Shown: one piece after another, positions 29,591 through 38,840 of the stretch
How the letters are laid out: every line of letters starts with the position of its first letter
How positions within the stretch are numbered: position 1 is the stretch's first letter
Origin: Candidatus Omnitrophota bacterium
GTDB taxonomy: Bacteria > Omnitrophota > Gorgyraeia > Zapsychrales > Zapsychraceae
NCBI GenBank assembly: GCA_015233115.1
Contig: JADFYJ010000005.1
Coordinates: forward strand, 86,359 to 150,358
Reading direction: 5' to 3'
Length of the DNA: 64,000 nucleotides
Translations under genes and position numbers: made by a program
The notes under the pieces: generated by a model
The model's input: only the letters and a program-made list of their open reading frames with translations
The model's database searches: none
Told to the model about the DNA's origin: nothing

Positions 29591-29698
29591 GGTTTTTGGT
29601 TGATGATTTTTAGTTTTTAAAGAAAAGTTTTTTATCAAAAATCGCTTTGCCATCAAGGCCTTTTCTTTGTTACTCTGTTACACTGTTACTCTGTTACT
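29591..29698. repeat. Chimeric tandem-arm element (7-mer left arm, 8-mer right arm)
   Basis: ggtttttggttgatgatttttagtttt ... aatcgctttgccatcaaggcctttt ... ctttgttactctgttacactgttactctgttact. Confidence 0.75.
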
Positions 29699-29721
29699 TA
29701 TTATTATATATTTAAGGGGCG

Positions 29722-29765
29722 ATATTATCACACGGATTGACTTTTGTCGAGCCCTTTGTTACCAT
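29722..29765. promoter_or_regulatory. Overlapping divergent sigma70-like promoters for msbA and lpxB
   Basis: Plus strand TTGACT-N17-TACCAT (29737-29765); minus strand TCGACA-N17-TAATAT (29750-29722); both with TG extension. Confidence 0.55.
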
Positions 29766-29928
29766 AAATGTCAGTAAAAAAAGAAGGGAGAAAAGAGACG
29801 ATAGAAAATAGACAAACATAAAAATAAAACCAAAACAACATAAAACAATTTTTTAAAATTCCGTTGATTTTATGTTACGAATTCGCTTTTTTATTTTTCT
29901 ATTTTCTATAATCATCAAAATATATTTT

Positions 29929-31116
29929 ATGCCATTCACAAGCGACCCTCAGAAAACTAAACACATATTTATTATCGCCGGCGAAGCATCAGGCGATATC
30001 CATGCCAGCCATTTGGTCGAAGCGATCAAACGCAAACAGCCATCCTGGCATTTTTCTGGACTGGGCGGAGAACATTTAAAAAATGCAGGTGTGCAAATTT
30101 ACGAAGATCTCACCCAAATGGCCTTTATTGGCGTCTGGGACGTGCTGATCCATTTCCCCCAAATCAAAGCCATATTCGACCGGACAATTCATCGCATCAA
30201 AAGTTCAGCACCAGATGCGGTGATTTTAGTTGATTATCCAGGATTCAACCTCCGCTTAGCTAAAAAAATTAAAAAGATGGGTATCAAAGTAATTTACTAC
30301 ATCAGCCCCCAGGTTTGGGCCTGGAAAAAGAAACGCGTTTTTTTTATACAAAAATATACTGATCGGATGATGGTTTTTTTCAATTTCGAAAAAGATTTTT
30401 ACGCCCAATTTGGCATAACGGTAGATTATGTGGGACATCCCCTCGTAGATATGGTGAAACCCGCCATAAAAGCGGACTTAATCCGTCAAAAATTATCCTT
30501 ACTGAGCGACCGTTTAACAGTAGGATTATTACCCGGATCCCGCCACAAAGAAATTGAATCTCTGCTGGATCCGATGCTGGCCGCCTGTCGAATTTTGAAA
30601 AAAAATTTTTCCTGGATACAATTTGTCCTGGTCAAAGCGCCAACGATATCCCGGGAACATTTAGAGAGTCATTTAAAAAACTATTCCGATCTACACGCCA
30701 AAATTTCGGAAGAAGGCAATTACAATTCCATCAATGCCTGTGACGTGTGCGTGGTCGCCTCGGGCACTGCCACGCTGGAAGTCGCCTTACTGGAAAAACC
30801 CATGGTCATTATCTACAAAACTAATTTTCTGACTTATATCCTGGGTAAAATACTCATTAATATCAAATTCCTGGGCCTTCCCAATATAATTGCCGGAAAA
30901 TCTATTGTCACTGAATTAATTCAAAACCAGGCCAATCCTCCCCGCATAGCTGCTGAAATCCGTTCAATCGTAACCGATGAAATAAAAATTGCCGGAATAA
31001 AATCGGAACTTAAAAATCTAAAACATAAGTTAGATCAAGGCGGGGCAGCCGAACGCGCGGCGGATATAGTAATAAAGACAATTTTGTCCGAAAAATGTGA
31101 CAATGTGACAATGTGA
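29929..31116 (+). CDS. lpxB: Lipid-A-disaccharide synthase
   Basis: IAGEASGD, DYPGFN, YYISPQVWAW, YVGHPL, LLPGSR, SGTATLE, LPNIIAG; start moved to ATG 29929. Confidence 0.96.
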   Translation: MPFTSDPQKTKHIFIIAGEASGDIHASHLVEAIKRKQPSWHFSGLGGEHLKNAGVQIYEDLTQMAFIGVWDVLIHFPQIKAIFDRTIHRIKSSAPDAVILVDYPGFNLRLAKKIKKMGIKVIYYISPQVWAWKKKRVFFIQKYTDRMMVFFNFEKDFYAQFGITVDYVGHPLVDMVKPAIKADLIRQKLSLLSDRLTVGLLPGSRHKEIESLLDPMLAACRILKKNFSWIQFVLVKAPTISREHLESHLKNYSDLHAKISEEGNYNSINACDVCVVASGTATLEVALLEKPMVIIYKTNFLTYILGKILINIKFLGLPNIIAGKSIVTELIQNQANPPRIAAEIRSIVTDEIKIAGIKSELKNLKHKLDQGGAAERAADIVIKTILSEKCDNVTM

Positions 31117-31168
31117 CAGTGTGACAATGCAAAAACGTTCTGCAGGGAAAAAGCGTTACATTGTTACT
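31094..31168. repeat. Tandem-arm element, AATGTGAC 8-mer type, between convergent lpxB and batE
   Basis: (aatgtgac)x3 agtgtgac, then gttacattgttac; both stop codons lie in the arms. Confidence 0.8.
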
Positions 31169-31926
31169 TTACTTTTATCAACCTTTTCTAAAACTCCCGT
31201 CTCCACCCATCCACTTTTCCCGTCCATGCGCTCGATCTTACTCCACCCATCCTGTTCTTCTTTAACCCGCACTTCTGTGCCTTCATAAAGCGTAAAATAT
31301 GTGGTTGCATCTTTTCTAGGCTCAAACCGCGCGTCACTCTGGGACATAATAACGGACAATCCCCGATCCAAATATATTTTTACTCCCAATCCAAACATTA
31401 AACACAATATCAAAATAACGCTTATCCCGATAAGAACCTTCCGTCCAATAGGAAGCCACCTCATGTAATACGACCCCACAAATAAACTCCCGCTCAAAAA
31501 TAAAATCCAGCCTAACAGTCCTATAATTCCATCAAAAGAACATCTATTAACCGTATCCGCGACCCAGGAATTCTTTTCTGCTATTTTAGGCCCTTTAACC
31601 GTGTCCAATGCATGCTGCAGATTAAATTGAACATCCCGATCATATGGCGTAAGCCGCAAGGCTCTTTCATATTCTAAAACTGTTTTACCTAACTTATTAT
31701 TTTTAAAATACGCGTTGCCTAAATTATAATGAATTGGTCCGCTCTCCATATCCCGGCTGAGAATTTGTTCATAAATATCAATGCTTTCTTTATATTTCCC
31801 TTGACGGTATAAGTCCGTGGCTTGTTTAAAATCATCTTGCGCCATATCCACGATAACATCCGCCCCGACCCGCGCCGCGGATAAGGCAAGAAATAAAAAA
31901 ACCAAACCATTTAAAAACCGTTTCAT
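31156..31926 (-). CDS. batE: BatE-like TPR and SH3 domain membrane protein
   Basis: Signal peptide, TPR (YNLGNAYFK), two TM helices, C-terminal SH3b (LYEGTEV..W..I..GWV); last gene of the bat operon. Confidence 0.82.
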   Translation of the reverse strand: MKRFLNGLVFLFLALSAARVGADVIVDMAQDDFKQATDLYRQGKYKESIDIYEQILSRDMESGPIHYNLGNAYFKNNKLGKTVLEYERALRLTPYDRDVQFNLQHALDTVKGPKIAEKNSWVADTVNRCSFDGIIGLLGWILFLSGSLFVGSYYMRWLPIGRKVLIGISVILILCLMFGLGVKIYLDRGLSVIMSQSDARFEPRKDATTYFTLYEGTEVRVKEEQDGWSKIERMDGKSGWVETGVLEKVDKSKVTM

Positions 31927-31952
31927 GCAAAATCCTTTCGAAAATCTATAAC

Positions 31953-32041
31953 ATTTTTTAGTTCATGGTTGTTGGTTTTTAGTTGTTGGGTATAAAATTA
32001 TTCTTTTTTTCCAAAAACCAAAAACTATCAACTATCAACCA
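31953..32041. repeat. Tandem-arm element, TGGTTGT type
   Basis: tagttcatggttgttggtttttagttgttgg ... ccaaaaaccaaaaactatcaactatcaacc. Confidence 0.85.
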
Positions 32042-32042
32042 T

Positions 32043-33836
32043 TTAATAATTACGTTCTAAATAATCTATTATCTTCTCCGCTTTTATATAAGCCTCCCGC
32101 ATACGGTGACCATCAATTTTCGCTTGAGCAAACCTCACCGCGTCACATTCATCAAATAAACTGGCAACAGCTGAAGAAACATTTTGCCAGCGCGTATCCC
32201 CTTTAAACCGTTCGTTTAATTTAACTGAGGCTATTTCTCCAAGCGGCAAATCAAATTTATTGACCATATAAAGAGCTACGGTTTCAAACAAAACATCATA
32301 AAATTCTTTAACCTTTTGCCGCTCTAAAAATTCCATAGCTTTGGCAAAACCCTGCCGAGCATGTCGCGGAGCTTTTAAACTCTTGGCGAATTTTGAATCT
32401 GTCCTCAGCCGCTCATTGTAGAAAAAATAATAATACGCTGATCCCCATACTCCTAAAATCAAAAACCATAATAAATAAAAACCAAAATGATAGTAAAAAT
32501 GATCCCCGAAACGATGGACGCTCCCCCAATCTTCTTTAATAAACAATATGTCCTCACCTAATTTTTCCGGTTCAAGGCGTTTGATCTTTTTGTCAAATTC
32601 AACCACTTTTAACTGATCGCCAGCTTCCGCAGGAGTGACCTCTAATTTAAAAGGCCCTTTGGTAATACTCCGGTATTGCCCGATCGCCGGATCGAAATAC
32701 GAAAATGTCAAAACCGGGAATTCCTTGATATTTTGATCCTTCGGAATGGCGACTTGCTCTAACGATTTCGTATTATCCTGGATCTTAACCGTCGGATCAT
32801 AATCTTTAAATTGATCAAATCGATTAATTTCAGGGAATTTTAAATCGCGCAAATTGCCTTCTCCCGTGACCGACATTTTAACAGTTAAAGGGTCTCCCAC
32901 TTTAACTGCGGTCGGCGACACGGTCGCATCAAAATCAAATTTTCCAACCGCTCCAGAAAAATGGTCTGGCTGTCCTTGAACAGGTAAATCTTTGACCGTC
33001 AAATTAATTATCCCGGAGTTCAGTGTTATTGGCCGCTTATCCTGAAGATTAAAAAAATCATTCATAAAATTCTGATCAAAAACATCCCCAAATTGATTTT
33101 GAAGATTATTACTGCTTGACTTGGCGATTAAAATCTGGCAAGTCGTGGTCGCAGGTTTAAAAATAATTGTTCCGGATTTTTTAGGATAAAAATAGCGTTC
33201 AAAAACCACCACATTGTACCGTACCCCATTGATCACTTGTTGGCCCTGCTTCGGCTCTAAATAATCTTCAAAATTAATCCCCGCCGCATCGAGTTTAGGA
33301 TATTCAATGTCACCCACTTTTAAATCTGCGACAAATAATCCAATCTGGATTTTAACTTTTTCTCCGACATAAACCTCATTTTTTTCAAACCGCTGAGCTA
33401 AAAATATCTTATCCTCTAAGTTCTTTACTTGCCCCCCGTCGGCAGGCTTTGCCGCAGACGTTGCTTGAACATTGACTTTAATAGGAATAGACGAAAATTG
33501 TTTCCCATCCGCGTCAGCCGTTAACGCCGGAATCGTAAACACTCCAACTTTTTTGGGGTACAATGCGTAATTAAAAGTAATCGACGAGCTGTATTGTCCA
33601 TTAACTATCGACACTCTGCGGGAGGGGCCAACGTATTTTACATCAAACCCATCAATAGCTTTCACTTCAACCGGAGTTGCATTCTGCGCGCCATTAACCG
33701 TCAAACTCAATTGAATCGCCGAATCCAATCCCACCGTAGTCCGATCCACTTCAGCAAAAAACTTAATCTCCGCGAAAGCCAATTGGCCAATGCCCAACAC
33801 AATTAGAAAAAATAATATAGTTATTTTTTTATTCAT
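32043..33836 (-). CDS. batD: BatD family protein
   Basis: Signal peptide, SIVNGQ, YVGE, FSGAVGKF, GEGNL, FSYFDP..YR, C-terminal TM. Confidence 0.9.
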   Translation of the reverse strand: MNKKITILFFLIVLGIGQLAFAEIKFFAEVDRTTVGLDSAIQLSLTVNGAQNATPVEVKAIDGFDVKYVGPSRRVSIVNGQYSSSITFNYALYPKKVGVFTIPALTADADGKQFSSIPIKVNVQATSAAKPADGGQVKNLEDKIFLAQRFEKNEVYVGEKVKIQIGLFVADLKVGDIEYPKLDAAGINFEDYLEPKQGQQVINGVRYNVVVFERYFYPKKSGTIIFKPATTTCQILIAKSSSNNLQNQFGDVFDQNFMNDFFNLQDKRPITLNSGIINLTVKDLPVQGQPDHFSGAVGKFDFDATVSPTAVKVGDPLTVKMSVTGEGNLRDLKFPEINRFDQFKDYDPTVKIQDNTKSLEQVAIPKDQNIKEFPVLTFSYFDPAIGQYRSITKGPFKLEVTPAEAGDQLKVVEFDKKIKRLEPEKLGEDILFIKEDWGSVHRFGDHFYYHFGFYLLWFLILGVWGSAYYYFFYNERLRTDSKFAKSLKAPRHARQGFAKAMEFLERQKVKEFYDVLFETVALYMVNKFDLPLGEIASVKLNERFKGDTRWQNVSSAVASLFDECDAVRFAQAKIDGHRMREAYIKAEKIIDYLERNY

Positions 33837-33855
33837 AGTCTTAACCGTTGGACCA

Positions 33856-33887
33856 CCGCGTCGGTGGACCAGGATCCACCGACGCGG
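33856..33887. repeat. GC-rich perfect 13-bp hairpin between batC and batD
   Basis: ccgcgtcggtgga-ccagga-tccaccgacgcgg, no U-tract. Confidence 0.75.
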
Positions 33888-33901
33888 AGGCCTGCATTAT
33901 T

Positions 33902-34882
33902 TTACCAGTCCTTCTCCGGCTGCCCCAAACCTTTGCCCGGATTTAAATTTAGTGTTCCTTTAGGCTCTTCATTATTTTGGTAGTCATTTAACAATGACTG
34001 AGGACTTTTCTGGCTCTGAGGAGCGTTCCCAGAATTTTTATCCTGGTCATTAGAATTATTTTTACCATCATCATTTTTATTTTGATCATTGTTGCCATTT
34101 TTACCATCATTATTATTCTTTTGATCATTGCTGTCACTTTTTCCATCATTATTTTTGTCCTGGTCATTCTTGTCTTTTTTGTCATCCTTATTTTTATCCT
34201 GGCCATTCCTGTCGTTTTTATCATCCTTATTTTTATCCTCGCCATTCTGATCCTGCTGACTTTTATCCTTCCCGCCACCATTACTCCCACCGCCACCACC
34301 TCCGCCTCCGCCTCCACCTCCCCCTCCACCGCCGCCACCTGAATCACGCTCACAAGACCCATCCTCGTTCCAATATTTAGACGGCATCTTCTTTTTTTTG
34401 TTCAACCGTTCAATTTCTTGTGTCATCAAACTTGAATTGTAAACCACGTCCTGATCATGTGGCGCAATCTTTAAAGCTTCCTGATATGATCCGATAGCGT
34501 CATTAACCAATTTTTTCGCGGCATCTAGATCACACCCTGCTTCTTTGACACGGGCCATCCGATAAAAAATATTACCGCGATTATAATAAGCCTTTTCCCT
34601 TATTGCAAAATTATCCGATAATAAAGCCTTATCAATATAACTTTTTGATTTATCAAACTCGGAAATTTTGTACAACGCTGTTGCCGTGTTATAATTCGCC
34701 ATGGCAGATTCCGGATCTTTCGCGACCGCGTCTTTGAAATACTCAACCGACTGCTCATACCGCCCCTGCCGATAAAGCTTATTCCCTTTGCGGAGATCCT
34801 TGGTCTCTTCATTGGCAAAAACGTTCACGCTTACACCTGCCAGGAAAAAAAATATTGTGAATATTATAAAATATTGTTTCAT
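33902..34882 (-). CDS. batC: BatC-like TPR protein with poly-Gly and N/D/K-rich tail
   Basis: GNKLYRQGRY, YNRGN TPRs, low-complexity linker, C-terminal EKDW. Confidence 0.82.
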   Translation of the reverse strand: MKQYFIIFTIFFFLAGVSVNVFANEETKDLRKGNKLYRQGRYEQSVEYFKDAVAKDPESAMANYNTATALYKISEFDKSKSYIDKALLSDNFAIREKAYYNRGNIFYRMARVKEAGCDLDAAKKLVNDAIGSYQEALKIAPHDQDVVYNSSLMTQEIERLNKKKKMPSKYWNEDGSCERDSGGGGGGGGGGGGGGGGGGSNGGGKDKSQQDQNGEDKNKDDKNDRNGQDKNKDDKKDKNDQDKNNDGKSDSNDQKNNNDGKNGNNDQNKNDDGKNNSNDQDKNSGNAPQSQKSPQSLLNDYQNNEEPKGTLNLNPGKGLGQPEKDW

Positions 34883-34971
34883 GATCGCATTAACGTTTTT
34901 TTGCTTTTGATTTCTTTAATTATTAGCCGTGTTTTAAGTAAAGGCCATAAACAACGGTTACCCTATGCTTT

Positions 34972-36015
34972 TTATAAATCGTTTTTTCCTTTACCACCTT
35001 TACCACTTTTAATAAACATCCCCGGCCTAATCCATAAAACAGTATCTAAAATTAAAAACAAAATAGCAATCAACAAGGGGATCTGAAATCTTTCAAAATA
35101 ACGCTTCTCCACTTTCGCTTCAAACTCTTTCTTATCCCATCCGGATAAATATTGATTGTAGATAAGATTTAATCCAAACTCAACGCCGCTGGCCTTAATA
35201 TATGTCCCTTGAGTGGCTGACGCAATCGACTCTAAAATATTTTCGCTGAGACGAGTTTTAACAAAATTTTCTTTATCATCTTTTAAAAATTCCTGACCTC
35301 CCTCAGAATTTTTGATCGGAATCAAATCTCCATCTTTTGTTCCGACACCAATACAAAAAATCTTAACTCCCTGACTGCTGGCCAGATCTGCCACCTTCAG
35401 CGGATCGCCTTCCCAATTTTCCCCGTCTGTAATCAAAATAACGGCTTTGTATTTTCCCGGGCTTTGGTTATATCCTTTTAATGCTTCAGACAATCCGCGT
35501 TCAATATTTGTTCCTCCACGCGAAATAACATCATAATTCAAATTATTCATGGCCATTATAAAACCATTATAATCCACAGTTAAAGGACAGATAGATACAG
35601 CGCTTCCCGCAAACGCGACTAAACCAACTCTATCTCCCTTTAAATTTTCCAATAAATCGCGGATAGCCAATTTAGTCCGCTCCAAACGATTAGGTTTGAC
35701 GTCTGTACTTAACATGCTTTTTGATACGTCCACAACTAATACAATGTCCAAACCCACTCGTTTAGATTTTTCCCAAGTATAACCCCACAACGGCCGCATG
35801 AGCGCAAACATAGAAAACGATAAAACAATAAGGATAATCCCCATACTTACACGGCGAAGTAATATCAAAGAGGGATGCATTAATTGCCGCAAAAGATCTG
35901 TCTGCCCGAATGCTTCCAGAGTCCTCTGGTAAGCACGGTCGAAAAATACAAACAACCCTGCAACAATAAAAATAATCCAAATCAAATTTAAAAAATATAA
36001 ATCAGCAAAATGCAT
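34972..36015 (-). CDS. batB: BatB-like VWA domain protein
   Basis: RPLWG, DVSKSM...DVKPNRL, GDRVGLVAFAG, PLTVDY, ITDGE. Confidence 0.88.
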   Translation of the reverse strand: MHFADLYFLNLIWIIFIVAGLFVFFDRAYQRTLEAFGQTDLLRQLMHPSLILLRRVSMGIILIVLSFSMFALMRPLWGYTWEKSKRVGLDIVLVVDVSKSMLSTDVKPNRLERTKLAIRDLLENLKGDRVGLVAFAGSAVSICPLTVDYNGFIMAMNNLNYDVISRGGTNIERGLSEALKGYNQSPGKYKAVILITDGENWEGDPLKVADLASSQGVKIFCIGVGTKDGDLIPIKNSEGGQEFLKDDKENFVKTRLSENILESIASATQGTYIKASGVEFGLNLIYNQYLSGWDKKEFEAKVEKRYFERFQIPLLIAILFLILDTVLWIRPGMFIKSGKGGKGKNDL

Positions 36016-36029
36016 AATATATAACTCTA

Positions 36030-36133
36030 TGGTTTTTGGTTGTTGGTTTTTGGTTGTTGGTTTTTAGTTGTTGGTTGTTGAAAACATTCTTTTTTCCAAA
36101 AGCTACAAACCATCAACCATCAACCATAAACTA
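36030..36133. repeat. Tandem-arm element, TGGTTGT type
   Basis: About seven tggtttt/tggttgt units, then ccaaaagctacaaaccatcaaccatcaaccataaact. Confidence 0.85.
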
Positions 36134-36146
36134 AAAAAATTTTATC

Positions 36147-37142
36147 TTACGGTATTTTTAAAAACAATGTATTCCGCAAAATCATTTCTCCAATTAACAC
36201 CCCCATAGCCACCAGCAAAAATATTTGAAAAAGTTCTTTATATTGAAAATACTGCTTCCCTTCCATCTTTACTTTTTCTAATGAATCAATCTCATTACAA
36301 ATGGCCGCTAATTCTTGCGTATCTGTTGCCCGATAATATTTCCCGCCTGTGCTGGATGCCACGGCTTTAAGCATTTCTTCATCAATTTCCACCCGAATAT
36401 TTTGATAAAAAACCCGGCCATACTGATCCTGTACTGGATACGGAGCCATACCTCTCACTCCGACACCAATCGTATAAATTTTTATCCCATATGATTTGGC
36501 AGCGAACGCCGCGTCAATAGGCGTCACTGTCCCCCGGTTATTCAATCCATCTGTTAATAAAATAATCACTTTACTTTTAGCTTTAGAATCACGCAAACGC
36601 AAAGTTGCCGACGCAATGGCTGAACCAATCGCCGTTCCATCATCGATTCCTCCCAGTTTCACTTCATCTAAATATTTCGCGATCCAGGTGTAATCCGTCG
36701 TTAAAGGACAAACCGTATACGCGGTTCCCCCAAAAATAACTAACCCGATCCGGTCTGAAACCCGTCTGGATATAAAGTCGCTGACCTGATTTTTAACGGT
36801 ATCTAAACGGGAAATCCGTTTCCCATCCACTTGAAAATCCAACGACGCCATACTGCCGGAATCATCCAACGCCAGCATAATATCAATACCTTCCATTTGT
36901 GAATTGGACTTATCCAATAACAAACGCGGACCAGCCAGCGCAAAAATAAATAATCCTATTGATACCAATCTCAAAATAAACATACTGGTATCACCCTGGA
37001 TCCGCCAGTTTTTCCCCGCAGAGCCCGCGATAAATTTCGAGGGGAATTTGATGCCGCTAGGCCGCGACATATTCCGCTGCACCCATAACACAATAACGGC
37101 GATGGGTATAAAAAATAAAATCCAAAAATTTTTAAAGTCCAT
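36147..37142 (-). CDS. batA: BatA-like VWA domain protein
   Basis: EGIDIMLALDDSGSM, DRIGLVIF, DGTAIG, LLTDGLNN, IYTIGVG, TGGKYYRA. Confidence 0.9.
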   Translation of the reverse strand: MDFKNFWILFFIPIAVIVLWVQRNMSRPSGIKFPSKFIAGSAGKNWRIQGDTSMFILRLVSIGLFIFALAGPRLLLDKSNSQMEGIDIMLALDDSGSMASLDFQVDGKRISRLDTVKNQVSDFISRRVSDRIGLVIFGGTAYTVCPLTTDYTWIAKYLDEVKLGGIDDGTAIGSAIASATLRLRDSKAKSKVIILLTDGLNNRGTVTPIDAAFAAKSYGIKIYTIGVGVRGMAPYPVQDQYGRVFYQNIRVEIDEEMLKAVASSTGGKYYRATDTQELAAICNEIDSLEKVKMEGKQYFQYKELFQIFLLVAMGVLIGEMILRNTLFLKIP

Positions 37143-37752
37143 GAGTCATCGTTTCTCCGACTAATCTCCGTACCAGCGCCATACTCACTTCAGCATCGGT
37201 CACATTTGAATGAAATCGCGCGAATTTAACCATATCACAATGCGTTAAAAAATCCGCCAAATTTTTTCGGTGATCTTCAGTTAACACCGCGCGGGTTTTA
37301 GGCGCTAACAAAAATTCTTCTGTCGTCATTTCTGGCGCGGATATAGAAAACCGCTCTTCAATATATTGCCGTAAAATATCACTTAACTCGGAAAAATATA
37401 TTTTATATCCTTCTCGTTGAGGCAAGCGTTGTTTTTCTAAAGCATCAATCCGCTCAAAAGTTCTTTCCCATAAAGTTTTAGGCACGGCAACCGGTTCTTT
37501 TTTCTTTCTTAAAGAGAATATAACAAAAATAACCCCTCCGATCACGACCAGCAACACAATAATCCAGGGGATAATAGAAGTCACTTCGCCCAAAACCCCC
37601 ACCGTGATCGTCGGCTTAACATCACGAATATCCCCGTCCGGTTGTTGAGCAAAAGATAGACCAGGAATAAGCAAAAGATGAAAAGCTAAAAGAAAACAAT
37701 ATGAAATAATATTTTTTCGCTTCACATTTACCACCTTTATCACCTTTATCAC
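37132..37752 (-). CDS. Bat-operon membrane protein (DUF4381-like)
   Basis: DIRDVK, TM helix, LSDILRQYIE.RF...APEMTTEE, DMVKFA; lies between DUF58 and batA. Confidence 0.75.
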   Translation of the reverse strand: MIKVIKVVNVKRKNIISYCFLLAFHLLLIPGLSFAQQPDGDIRDVKPTITVGVLGEVTSIIPWIIVLLVVIGGVIFVIFSLRKKKEPVAVPKTLWERTFERIDALEKQRLPQREGYKIYFSELSDILRQYIEERFSISAPEMTTEEFLLAPKTRAVLTEDHRKNLADFLTHCDMVKFARFHSNVTDAEVSMALVRRLVGETMTHGL

Positions 37753-38654
37753 TTCTTATGTGAACGCTTTTTAAAGAAATTTATAATTTCATCAACATAC
37801 GATTTATTCGTGAATATATCAATCATGTCAACCCGCGCGCGTCTTAACATCCTTTCCCTCTCAGTGAACCGTTTAACATTCCAGGCCTGATACTCTTCCC
37901 TGACAGATTGACTACTGCAATCCAAGGTAAAAATTTCTCCGGTTTCCGCGTCTTCTAAATAAACCAATCCCCGGTCCGGTAAATTAAATTCGCGCGGGTC
38001 ATTCAGCGTAATAGCGACGATATCGTGTCGTTTATTGGCGATTGAAATAGTCTTTTGAAGGACTTCAGTTTTTTTGTTTTGGACTTTAGCTGTTTCTGTT
38101 ATGAAATCAGAAATTAAAAAAACAATGGCTTTGCGGGTCATGGTAAGAATTAGGAAATCCAATGCCGCTACAATATCGGTAGTTTTTCCTTGGGGTTCAT
38201 AATATAAAACCTCACGAATGACCCTAAGGACATGACTTCGGCCTTTACGCGGTGGAATAAATTTTTCAACTTTATCGGTAAAAATGATCAACCCGACTTT
38301 ATCATTATTTTGTATCGCGGACAATGCTAACACAGCGGATATTTCTGCTGCGATCTGATTCTTGAGATTATTGACTGATCCAAACCTGAGCGAACGGGAC
38401 ATGTCGACCATGATCATAACCGTTAATTCGCGTTCTTCCACAAATTTTTTTACGTAAGGCTTTCCCGTACGCGCGGTCACATTCCAATCAATGGTCCGTA
38501 TATCATCGCCGATCTGATATTCACGCACCTCGTCAAACTCAATACCCTGCCCTTTAAAAACACTGTGATATTGACCGGCAAAAAGATCCGTGACCAAACG
38601 CGAAGTCTTGATCTCGATCCGACGTATCTTTTTAAATATCTCTTTTGGAATCAT
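37749..38654 (-). CDS. DUF58 domain protein
   Basis: FKGQGIEFDEVREYQIGDDIRTIDWNVTAR, EERE, FLISDF. Confidence 0.93.
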   Translation of the reverse strand: MIPKEIFKKIRRIEIKTSRLVTDLFAGQYHSVFKGQGIEFDEVREYQIGDDIRTIDWNVTARTGKPYVKKFVEERELTVMIMVDMSRSLRFGSVNNLKNQIAAEISAVLALSAIQNNDKVGLIIFTDKVEKFIPPRKGRSHVLRVIREVLYYEPQGKTTDIVAALDFLILTMTRKAIVFLISDFITETAKVQNKKTEVLQKTISIANKRHDIVAITLNDPREFNLPDRGLVYLEDAETGEIFTLDCSSQSVREEYQAWNVKRFTERERMLRRARVDMIDIFTNKSYVDEIINFFKKRSHKK

Positions 38655-38689
38655 AATAAAAACAGTATATGAAAAATTAAAAACTATAA

Positions 38690-38812
38690 CCGCGTGCCCA
38701 ACCTCAAGGTTTGTGTTTAAACTGAATCACCGAGCGAGTTCAGCTCCGCTTAGGAGCTGCTGTTTGAGCGAATGATTTGGTTTAAATGCAAACCGCCTAA
38801 CCGCGCGCTTTA
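38690..38812. repeat. Structured hairpin element with GAGCGAGTT / TGTTTGAGCGAA internal loop, copy 2
   Basis: Near-identical to 1337-1460. Confidence 0.9.
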
Positions 38813-38840
38813 CTGGACGATTCTTTCCCACTCATTGTTT

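Noticed and set aside
33988-34362. Alternative-frame Met/Ile/Lys-rich ORFs within batC
   Set aside because: By-products of the low-complexity batC tail.
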